Shown in pieces: positions 22,155 through 31,058 of a DNA stretch of 64,000 nt; position 1 is the stretch's first letter; the number at the start of each line of letters is the position of its first letter. The stretch comes from Corallochytrium limacisporum Hawaii (taxonomy: Eukaryota > Protista > Pluriformea), in assembly GCA_002811645.1 (NCBI GenBank), contig PDIP01000258.1, positions 12,419-76,418 on the forward strand, read 5' to 3'. The notes beneath the pieces were generated by a model. It was not told the origin of the DNA and did not search any database. It saw nothing but the letters and a program-made list of their open reading frames with translations. Made by a program: the position numbers and the translations under genes.

Positions 22155-23543
22155 TTACATATTCTGATTGTTTGTCATGCGAATGCGGCCGGTGGCATCG
22201 TAGTAGAAGATCCGATCGCTGTCTGCAAGCACACCCAGGGCCGCCATTGCGCCCCTGCGCAAAATTTGGCTGTTGAATTCCATCTCCATCCAGTTGCGAA
22301 TCGTTCCGGTTAAAGTGTCAAAGTCCGTAAGATCAACATTCTTTTGGAAGCCTGCAAAGAGCAAGTCAGCTGCACTACGGAAGGCATTAAAGAGCGTCAA
22401 ATTGTCCTGCTCGACCGTGGAGGTGGAGGTGTTTGATTCTTTGATCATCTTCAGTTGGCGCTGTTGGGCCAGGCTTGTCAGCTGCATCTGCTTGGCCTCG
22501 ATCGCTCGCAGGGTCATCAGTTCTTCCATCATTTCGTTGACTTCCGCCTGCAGCTGTGAACGGCTTTTCTCCAGACTCTCAATGTGGGCAATGGTCTTGC
22601 CAATGATTGCCGTCTTGGACTGCTTCTGGTTGGGAATGCGCGTGTTGCAGGCAGGGATCAGCGCCTGCAGATCGTCGAAGCCGCTGCGAATATTATTCCG
22701 GCGCTTCTGTTCGGCAACAATGTGCGCCTGTCGCCGTGCTTCGTTCTTGGACAGGGACGTGTCCGTTTTGTCGGTAGTCTTCTCAGTCTTCGTAGTCATA
22801 CTTTCTGTGCCCTTACCATCCTCGTCCATGGCTGAGTCAGTGGAATTAGCACTGTCCCTGCGATCAGTTGTCTGTTGCTGAGTCGCAGATGCTTGGCTGC
22901 TCTCGCTCGTCTGTCGGACCATCGAGGGCCGTTCGGGTGCGGGGGCGGTACTGAAAGGTGACGGTGGAACAATGTCCATGTCCGCCTGCTGGACTAAGCG
23001 TCGCAGTAGCTGGGGTGAGATCCCACTTCCGCCTCGGTGGCCCCTTGCCTTCAGGTCCTGGTTGCTGCCGCTTTCATCTTCATCCATTGCAGAGTTTGAC
23101 GACCGGCGCATCCTTCCTAAGTGACCCTGCCAAGCTCGCCAAATTGCGTTATCGATACGACGCAATGCAGCTGCATTGTTGCTGATGTAGTCCGGTGCCA
23201 CCTCCCGGTCAACTGGTGTCTTCAGTTTGTCCGATTTCAATTCAGTTGCATACTGTTTCTCCACAAGGTTGTATTCTTTGTCTACTGGTGATTTCAGAAC
23301 GTATCCATTTCGGTAAGTTGCCCAGGATCGCCAGTGACTGTACGTCTGGCGATCTGGCATACCCTTGCCTTTAACGAATTCTCTCCATTTGGCGATGATA
23401 TTCGCTTCGGTCTGATCTTGTTCTTTCACATATCTCTTCAACAGATCATTCAAGTCATTGGATATTTTCACATCCCCAGAGTGCCTTTTGTTATCACCCT
23501 CAGAGGCACGCCGTTGGCGAGATGGCGCTTCGTCAACATTCAT
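22155..23543 (-). CDS. Mondo/Mlx family bHLH-leucine zipper transcription factor, 462 aa
   Basis: bHLH RRQAHIVAEQKRRNNIRSGFDDLQALIPAC...SKTAIIGKTIAHI plus zipper; C-terminal DCD-like FNAFRSAADLLFAGF...TIRNWME; N-terminal RIDNAIWRAW like Mondo MCR3. Confidence 0.85.
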   Translation of the reverse strand: MNVDEAPSRQRRASEGDNKRHSGDVKISNDLNDLLKRYVKEQDQTEANIIAKWREFVKGKGMPDRQTYSHWRSWATYRNGYVLKSPVDKEYNLVEKQYATELKSDKLKTPVDREVAPDYISNNAAALRRIDNAIWRAWQGHLGRMRRSSNSAMDEDESGSNQDLKARGHRGGSGISPQLLRRLVQQADMDIVPPSPFSTAPAPERPSMVRQTSESSQASATQQQTTDRRDSANSTDSAMDEDGKGTESMTTKTEKTTDKTDTSLSKNEARRQAHIVAEQKRRNNIRSGFDDLQALIPACNTRIPNQKQSKTAIIGKTIAHIESLEKSRSQLQAEVNEMMEELMTLRAIEAKQMQLTSLAQQRQLKMIKESNTSTSTVEQDNLTLFNAFRSAADLLFAGFQKNVDLTDFDTLTGTIRNWMEMEFNSQILRRGAMAALGVLADSDRIFYYDATGRIRMTNNQNM

Positions 23544-24215
23544 GGCTTACCCTTTTAGTTAAAATTCCAATACTCCTACTGGCCCATTCTTTAAAATTCG
23601 CTTTCAACTTACGTGGAACTGAGTCACCCGAATTGACACTTACAAACTGCAAACTGGCATAAATACCCCTCGAACAACGATACCAACGATATGCACAAGG
23701 ACCGCCGAGACGAAAAGAGTGTGAGACAACAATTATTCCTAATGCCCCAAAGCCTGCGCAAGGACCCGCTTGGCCAGATACCGCAATTGGCTCCAGGGGA
23801 AAACTTTCCCAGTCTTCGTCGCAGCCAACAAGCTCATGGGGTCTGTGTGATAAATAGGCCCCTGATTCCGGTACTGAATGGCCACGTACTTGGACGGTGG
23901 AAATTTCTATAGTGAATGTACTAAAGCATTCTGAAATGGCTCTTTTATGAATGAGCGTCTGGAAACGAGGAGGGGTCTATCTTCGGGGAGCGGGTCTCAT
24001 CCAAAGAGAGCGGAAAATTAGAGCGCGTCGGACGCGGCATTGGCTTCTGGGATCGTGGAAGCGTAATTACTGTTGTATTTAAGACATCTCTGTGAGTAAC
24101 GTACAAACATTCTATTACAACAAAAAATACGATTTCTGGATATAATATGCTAATAGAGGTCAAAGAGACTGAAAATAAGTTTTGAGGCAAGATCCTTCGG
24201 GAACCAAATAGAACC

Positions 24216-24569
24216 ATGTCTACCACTGGGCCCGGTATTGCCAACGTGACTGTCACAGAAACCCAAGCAGAAACTGAAGAAAAGCGTATTCTGCGACTGA
24301 AACTTGAAGAGAAGAAGAAAACAAGAAAAAGTGTGGGCTTTGCGTCCGGTACGGTTGATAACGAGCACCTCGGTCGCAAGAAATCCAAGTGCTGTTGCAT
24401 CTATGAGCGGCCAAAACGTTGGGACGAGTCAGACACTGAAAGTGACTCTGACGACGATTCCGACTGCTGTGGTACCTGCCGCTTTAAGAAGGGCCATGAG
24501 GGCTTAAAAAAGCAGCTGAAAGAGGAACGGGAACAGGCAGCCCACGCCAATGAACACGGAAGTGCTTGA
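24216..24569 (+). CDS. PPP1R11: Protein phosphatase 1 inhibitor-3 (PPP1R11/Ypi1), 117 aa
   Basis: RVxF-type KSVGF followed by TVDNEHLGRKKSKCCCIY and an acidic tract. Confidence 0.93.
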   Translation: MSTTGPGIANVTVTETQAETEEKRILRLKLEEKKKTRKSVGFASGTVDNEHLGRKKSKCCCIYERPKRWDESDTESDSDDDSDCCGTCRFKKGHEGLKKQLKEEREQAAHANEHGSA

Positions 24570-24890
24570 ACGGAGATTTTTACCTTATTCCCATGAGCAT
24601 AATCCAATAGTAAGCCATGTCTCAGACTGCTTGTAATCATCAACTAGTTTCTTCTTCTTCATCGTCATCATCGTAATCATCGTCATCGTTATCATGTTCG
24701 CATAAATTATTACATCTATTTAGCATGCTTCCTCTGCGAGATCCAGTTGCTGACGGCTTTGCGTTGTGAGCCCATTCCTTCATGTCAGACTTGGAATTTG
24801 TTCTGCTACCACTGGTAAACGATAGTACTCAAAGGGGAGGGGGAATTCAGCGGGTGGGAGAGATGAAGGAGGGTTCACCTGCGAAGCGAC

Positions 24891-24900
24891 GGCGCGAAAA
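24891..24900 (-). promoter_or_regulatory. Candidate E2F site (TTTTCGCGCC) upstream of RPAIN
   Basis: ggcgcgaaaa matches the TTTSSCGC consensus, ~215 nt before the RPAIN ATG; single short motif, could be chance. Confidence 0.3.
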
Positions 24901-25115
24901 CTTTGGCTAGGACACAATTTGTCACCGTGGAGTCGGGTGATCCGCAGCTGCGTTAGTATTGGTCAGAGAGGCGTGGCCGGCCTTGTTGATGAGATCGAAA
25001 AGGTTCAAGAAGGGCATATCTTGTCCAAAATTAACAAGTTACCAAGGCGGCGCAACTTACCAGCTGCGTGGCGAGAAGTATCAGAACTCATGCACTGGGA
25101 ACCATAGGATAAAAT

Positions 25116-25784
25116 ATGCTGGCTATCGGAATGACTGATAGAGACACACACAGAGATCGGCGTGTCCGCGATCGCGGGGTAGAAGGACGTCATGCACGTG
25201 GAAGAGCCTCTATACAGAAATGGGTGGCGGACCGCGTAGCGGAACGCCGGGCCGGACTCATGGCCTCCAAACGCACAGTACCTAGTGAAGCGGCAGATTT
25301 CACAGACGAGGAGTTTGACAGGATCGTCGCAGAGGAACTACAGCGGCTGAAGGAGTTCTATGGCGATGTGCCCTATACGGTAGATGATTTGCTTGCAGAG
25401 GCCCTTGAACTTGAAGATGAGAGCAACAGAATGGAACTGACACAGGAACCACCGCCAGAAATCACGGACCTAGACGCGTCATTCATGGAGGATATAGAGT
25501 ATATTGAGAGTGCGGAATCGAAGATTATCTGTCCGAACTGCCAACATAACTACTTGAATCTCAGCGAAAAAGGTCGGTTATCTTGCGTCTGTGGTGTTGA
25601 TTTGAGTACACCGCTGTCTCTGAGCGAAGTAAAGCAACGGATTGAACAGACAGTCGGTCACCACCACCAGTATTGCCACGCAGCATTCAAATTTACCTGG
25701 AATTCCCAAGGCTTCGTCATCTCTTGCACGGGTGACCATGAAGCACTAGCAATCTCACTGGAGAACAGTAGTCATCCATCATAG
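25116..25784 (+). CDS. RPAIN: RPA-interacting protein (RPAIN/RIP)-like, 222 aa
   Basis: Basic N-terminus, acidic middle (IVAEELQRL), C-terminal zinc finger IICPNCQHNYL..SCVCG..HHQYC. Confidence 0.7.
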   Translation: MLAIGMTDRDTHRDRRVRDRGVEGRHARGRASIQKWVADRVAERRAGLMASKRTVPSEAADFTDEEFDRIVAEELQRLKEFYGDVPYTVDDLLAEALELEDESNRMELTQEPPPEITDLDASFMEDIEYIESAESKIICPNCQHNYLNLSEKGRLSCVCGVDLSTPLSLSEVKQRIEQTVGHHHQYCHAAFKFTWNSQGFVISCTGDHEALAISLENSSHPS

Positions 25785-26070
25785 TAACAGACCATCTTGT
25801 ATGCATAAAGAAACAGTACGATCCATTAGCCGTCCGCCGTTTGAGCATGTCCTTATCTGCCACCCCGCTTGGGGGCAACCCACCCAGCACGTAACCCCTT
25901 CCCCGCCCCATTGTTTGGTGCTCCCTCTCCCTCGGGTGCCTGACTGGAGTTTTGAGGAAGGCTGTCTTCACCTACTTGGGATCTTTTCTTGCACCTGTTT
26001 ACTGCACAACACTCATCGAACGAGTTTATGTGCTTTTAATTAGAACTATATGGTAGCAAGCATAGTAACT

Positions 26071-26473
26071 ATGGACACAAAACTCCGTTCTGCCGTGGAC
26101 GAGTTGATGAGCAACACGGAAGTTGCCGGTGTTGTTGTTTCTGACCCCAGTGGACTCTGTATGGTGGCCGAGGGTTGTGGTAAGCGCGAACATTCAGGAC
26201 GGTATACGTCTATATACGGAAATGCTTTGTCTTTGCAGGGAACGGAAGGAGGTGATCCCAGTGGCACCCGTGTGGTGATTGAAGGAGCACAGCGGTAAGT
26301 AAACGGTTTGTACTATATTGACGTGGATGCCGTGGCGGACTGACTAACATACTTATATGATTCTCTCGAATTTTTCTCACAGGACCCATATCATTACGGG
26401 AAACGGAGGTATGGAGAATGATGAAGGGGATGACTGGAGCAATACGGCTGCTGTGGTCATCGAGAAGAAGTAG
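26071..26473 (+). CDS. LAMTOR5: Ragulator subunit LAMTOR5 (HBXIP), two exons: 26071-26294 and 26383-26473
   Basis: VAGVVVSDPSGLCMVAEG and HSGRYTSI; intron 26295-26382 has GTAAGT donor, TGACTAAC branch site and CAG acceptor; splicing restores RTHIITG...AVVIEKK*; alternative ATG at 26050. Confidence 0.85.
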
Positions 26474-26513
26474 TGCACAAAGGTTTCAATAGGTTTATTA
26501 GTTCAGTCAACAT

Positions 26514-27163
26514 CTACCTAGGTTCTATTAGTTTGGTTAACATATTCATATCATCCTGTAGGGTGTTTAATTCAGTGGTAGTTGCATGGACCACTTCGGC
26601 GGCATAGTCACGACTCTCAGCCAGAAATCGTTCGCTTTGCATTTGCAGGCAGGTGACTAGATTCAGCCATGCGCTGAGCCCTTTCTCTTGGCTTCTAGAT
26701 TGGGATAATTAGTGACAGGTCTCAGTCTTCAACAGTGCAAACATGCCCCACAGATATTGAACTTACTCACTATAGTTGGAAAAGGCGCAGTGGACTTTCA
26801 CACGGAGATCTGGTCCTTATGTTAGTATGCGATCCGTTGGGAGCAGATCCAGATTCAAGCTTACCTACCATTCATGAGCTCTTCGATTGAAATGTCTTCA
26901 GACTTATGATTCGCGGAAGTAGAAGTTTCATTTGCATGATGGCCAACTGTATCCTCTTCAGTCTGATACTGCCCTTGAGAAGTCTTGGCCATGACCCTCA
27001 AAGCTTCCTCATGGCTTTCAATCTTTCTCGCCAGCAGACTGAGCACCTCGTTGTCGACGTGAATGCCTGAATACCCTTCCATGTTTTCGATATCTACCTG
27101 ACAATCTTCAAAGAGTGCACATTGATGCCACTTAGACGCTAGGCAATGCTTTTGAGACTGCAT
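26514..27163 (-). CDS. Hypothetical helical/coiled-coil protein, three exons (27163-26869, 26809-26767, 26694-26514), 172 aa
   Basis: Intron 26868-26810 (GTAGGT..TACTAAC..CAG) and intron 26766-26695 (GTAAGT..CACTAAT..TAG) join into one uninterrupted frame ending LTKLIEPR*; no family recognised. Confidence 0.6.
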
Positions 27164-27441
27164 GGCAGTCTCTACTACCTTTCCTTTTCCAGAGACCCGC
27201 TCACCGAATCGAGAGTCTCACTTCATTCTGTCCCCTCCCTTTCATATTAAAAATGATGATCAAGTCTAACCAGGTCTCTTTGCAATGACCGGCTGTATTC
27301 TATAGCCGGGTATATATTGGAATACTAGGAAAGGACACGGTCAGCGATCATCCACCACCCCAGATATGCTCTGCTTCATTATTTTGAAGTCTACCCTTGC
27401 CCGTCTGGATCTCAGATGAAGTTCTCCTGACACAACCCAGG

Positions 27442-28008
27442 ATGTCGGGACGGGGAGGTTACTGCCGGCACTGCGGAGCACGATTCGAGAAAGAGCTGGA
27501 ACTTGTTTTTCCAAAGTCATGTAAAACATGTAAGATTACTACCTACAACAACCCATTGCCAGTCTGTGTGTCGGTGCAACCAGTGGTCCGCAAAGGACAG
27601 TCTGACTGGTGGAGTCTGCTTATGGTACGCCGGGGAATCCAACCGGGACTAGGGCAAATTGCATTGCCAGGCGGTTACCTGGAGGTACCAGAGACATGGC
27701 AACAAGGTATGGTGCGTGAATTGAGAGAGGAAGCCATGATTCACCACTCCCCTGATGAAGTCGAATTGTTCGGCAACTTGTCTGAAGGCCCTCACATCGT
27801 CATCTTCGGGCTGCTTCCTCCTGTAACCGAACATGTGGCTCTCGAGAACTTTGTACCCCACAGGGAGGTGGAAGAGCTTGTCATTGTCGACCACTATACA
27901 GAATCAGTCTTCTCTTTGCATACAGAGACGATCCGAAAATTTTTTGATATTGTGCACGGCCAAACAACATGGCCCAATGGACGGGCGTTTCCCCAGTCCA
28001 AGGTATAA
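27442..28008 (+). CDS. Zinc-ribbon NUDIX hydrolase
   Basis: YCRHCG..CKTCK..YNNP ribbon; Nudix box ALPGGYLEVPETWQQGMVRELREEA; first ATG at 27442. Confidence 0.88.
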   Translation: MSGRGGYCRHCGARFEKELELVFPKSCKTCKITTYNNPLPVCVSVQPVVRKGQSDWWSLLMVRRGIQPGLGQIALPGGYLEVPETWQQGMVRELREEAMIHHSPDEVELFGNLSEGPHIVIFGLLPPVTEHVALENFVPHREVEELVIVDHYTESVFSLHTETIRKFFDIVHGQTTWPNGRAFPQSKV

Positions 28009-28099
28009 ATTCACTATGACGCGAGTGCGTTCTATTAAAGTATATACAAAATGACGGACACGGAATATGGAGAGGACTTGTTTGTCAAGGCCAAATAAT

Positions 28100-29020
28100 C
28101 TACCTTTTGGAGAGGACAATGATAAGAATGATGGCACACACAATGGCGAGGACAGCAGCAATGCAACACATTTTGTTGCGGGCCTTGCGCTGGTAGTCAT
28201 CAGCTTTGTTCAATTGTATGCGGCCGTCACCGACCTGCTCGCTGGTGCTGACAATGTTAGCCTCGATGTTGTCTAGTGTCGTACCCTGTTCGTGCACAAT
28301 AGTAGCCAGATCGCGGAAGATCTCATTGACCTCAGTGATGGTCTGTTCAATATGTCGGATTCCCTGTTCACGTTCCGCAATGATCTGCTCGTTATAGGTT
28401 GTGTCATTCTCTAGTTCCTGTCGCTGCTGCTGCTGTTGCTGAAGAATTAGACGCTGTTGCTCTGAGTCCTGTTCTAGTGGCGAGGTCTCCATGGCCAGAC
28501 TCTGTTGCCGAACCTGTGCCACTGTCTCTCGCTCCTTGACTGCAATTTCCTTCTCCACAGACTGGAACCGTTGCAATGCTCCCTCAAAGTCGCGCAGAAG
28601 CTTCTGTTGCTGCATTCGGCGGAAACGGGCATCTTCCGGCGACGACTGGAGCTGACTGAGCTCCTGCAACTTCGGGGCAGTCTCCTTTGCGAGTGCACCA
28701 ATGCGGGACTGAACCTCATGCATGCGTTCGCGAAACTCGGGAGTATCCCGTGCCGTTCCCAAACCATTTAGCATACGCTGCAGATCTGTTACAAACCCTC
28801 CAATGGTGAAAATATTCTTCTCAATCTGGATGCTCAAAGCCCTGAACTTTTCGTCCTCCTCGGGATAGTCACGGAAGGGCTGGCGTGCAGGCGGACCGCC
28901 GCCGCCACCGTCATTGGGAGGCTGAGGGCCTCCAGGCGGACCTCCAGGTCCCAGTCCTGAAGGTCCTCTGTTCATACCGCCAGTGGCGCGACGAGTTGCA
29001 TCAAGATCCCCAAAACTCAT
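28100..29020 (-). CDS. STX7: Endosomal Qa-SNARE syntaxin 7/12-like, 306 aa
   Basis: Habc domain (LGTARDTPEFRE), SNARE motif IAEREQGIRHIEQTITEVNEIFRDLATIVHEQG..DNIEANI, C-terminal TM. Confidence 0.88.
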   Translation of the reverse strand: MSFGDLDATRRATGGMNRGPSGLGPGGPPGGPQPPNDGGGGGPPARQPFRDYPEEDEKFRALSIQIEKNIFTIGGFVTDLQRMLNGLGTARDTPEFRERMHEVQSRIGALAKETAPKLQELSQLQSSPEDARFRRMQQQKLLRDFEGALQRFQSVEKEIAVKERETVAQVRQQSLAMETSPLEQDSEQQRLILQQQQQQRQELENDTTYNEQIIAEREQGIRHIEQTITEVNEIFRDLATIVHEQGTTLDNIEANIVSTSEQVGDGRIQLNKADDYQRKARNKMCCIAAVLAIVCAIILIIVLSKR

Positions 29021-29745
29021 GTTTTGTGTATGTATTACTCATGGGTGAGCAGTCTCTGACGCGACAAGTTTTGACTAATGGACAGTTGAAATGTGAAAAT
29101 TCCAAATACCATACTGTCGGAAAAGACAATGACCATAGTCAAAACTTTCCAGTTAACATTGGGAAAAGACTATGTACAGTCTTGCCGTTACTACGTCAAT
29201 GCATGAGTTCACAGGTTGCCCCGATTGGCACCCGCTCCAACAATGGGTGAACGAAGAACAATTGTCCGGTAATAAACCTCCAGTGCCCCAGGACCCGCTC
29301 ACCAGCGTTTTCTTCCACTGAGCTGGCATTTGCATTGGCAAGACACCAGTATATTCACTACGAGCTGCCCACTGCCCGTGATTCCCACACACACTAGATC
29401 TGGGGCCCTGACGAAGAAGAAACTATAGTAGAATCGGTCATAATTTGATATACCTTTACTGAATATTTGAAAACAATTCATTAAGGTAGATGGCCAACCA
29501 ATTCAGGCGATTGGCGGGGCCCACAAAGTCGACGCGAGGGTAAGCAGCAAACCAGCAGAACGGGACTCACCTCGCCATCTCTGTCTCGTGCTCGGTTTGG
29601 CTAGCTCTGGTGCTTGCCTAGAACCGTACGCCTGGGAGCGCGCATATGAACCAACGTAAATAAAAGTGTGACGCTTCTCTGAGCATTGGAAGTATGGTGG
29701 ACATGCATAGCGCATAGATCAAACCTGTACGGACAAAGTGTGAAG

Positions 29746-30501
29746 ATGGCCAAGGGTACGAACGGCATGCGGCGTCGCGCGGCAAAGGATACAAGCAGCG
29801 AAGGCGAGTTCGTGAACAAGCCTGCCAGTCCCACCCAGGTCAAGAATCCAATCATTAAGTGGGATGTGAAGCTGACTCATGACATCTACGTCTATACCCC
29901 TGATTGGTTCAAGAAAGTAGGACATGTGCTGGAATTCACCTGCCACGGCGTGCCATGGCTTGTCTTCTCAGTAGGGGGTCTTGGATGGAGCATCTACAAG
30001 CAGAATCAAATTAATGTACATCTGTTTTGGTGCCTGACGTTGTTGCTCATATACGACCTACTTCTGCTGCTCGTGCTCAAGGTCGTCTTCCGTCGCACTC
30101 GGCCTGAGCACCATGTCGATGACATGTACCTGACAGTTTCTGTGGATCTGTTCTCTTTCCCTTCGGGACATTCTAGTCGTGCTGCCTTCTTGGCCTGTTT
30201 CGCACAGCATTACCTTTGGCACACCCTGGGACCCATAGGCATCGCCGTGGTGTGGACATGGGCGCTGACGACTGGTTTCTCTCGCATAGTCATCGGCCGT
30301 CACCATGTCATCGACGTCTGCGTGGGACTCCTGTGTGGTGTTGGTATGTTCTACGCTGCTGTACAATTCGACCACTTGAAGCTGAGCCACGCCGAGAGCA
30401 ATCTGCAGTCCTTGAACGCGTCCATGGAGTTCCTCATGGACCCTGCGACGATGATCGACAAACTGAAGGCGTCAGACATCGCCTTCAACCTTCCATTTTA
30501 A
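29746..30501 (+). CDS. PLPP6: PAP2 family polyisoprenoid diphosphate phosphatase (PLPP6/PPAPDC2-like)
   Basis: C1 KVVFRRTRP, C2 FSFPSGHSSRA, C3 SRIVIGRHHVIDV; HGVPW and TVSVD-FSFPSGH typical of PLPP6/7. Confidence 0.8.
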   Translation: MAKGTNGMRRRAAKDTSSEGEFVNKPASPTQVKNPIIKWDVKLTHDIYVYTPDWFKKVGHVLEFTCHGVPWLVFSVGGLGWSIYKQNQINVHLFWCLTLLLIYDLLLLLVLKVVFRRTRPEHHVDDMYLTVSVDLFSFPSGHSSRAAFLACFAQHYLWHTLGPIGIAVVWTWALTTGFSRIVIGRHHVIDVCVGLLCGVGMFYAAVQFDHLKLSHAESNLQSLNASMEFLMDPATMIDKLKASDIAFNLPF

Positions 30502-31058
30502 GTAAAGAGTAGCCGTTGCGTTCCAAGGCATAGTCAGTTGTGAGGATGCTAAGGTCTCACAGAGTACATGTGGCCTACTACGCGTTATCCAATGATCATG
30601 ATAAAGAAAGAGACAGCAAGTCAGGGAACTACCGCCCATTCCCCCCCCCCCCCCGGGAGGGCGCGGGCCGCTTGCTGATTTTCATATTTGTCCTTGTCTT
30701 GTGTTCAAGTTTACTCAAGTGGTTCCTTTCCATCCGAATCTGGTCGTGGATTGCGCTGGGGGCGATCCATGCGCATTGCCGACGAGGATTGGTGGGGTGG
30801 CTAACGGAGCCCCGTGGAGGCCTTCATCCGCTGCCAGCAACGCAAGTGTGCCTGGTATAAATGGATGGACTATTTCAGAGAGGCCTTGGACTCGCATTTC
30901 CCTCTTCGTAATTGTAAGAGATACTTGAGTTCGAGAAACCAGTGCATTGCTCATGTTGCATACCGAATTGACGATAGTATGACTAAAAGACGGTTCTGCA
31001 TGTACGATAACCTGGAAATCAATTGAGTTTGCGCACAAAGTCTGAGGAGGCGAAGAAT

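Noticed and set aside
29041-29095. Plus-strand GTGAGC..GACTAAT..CAG mini-intron near the syntaxin start
   Set aside because: Yields only a 4-codon ORF antisense to the syntaxin leader; likely chance
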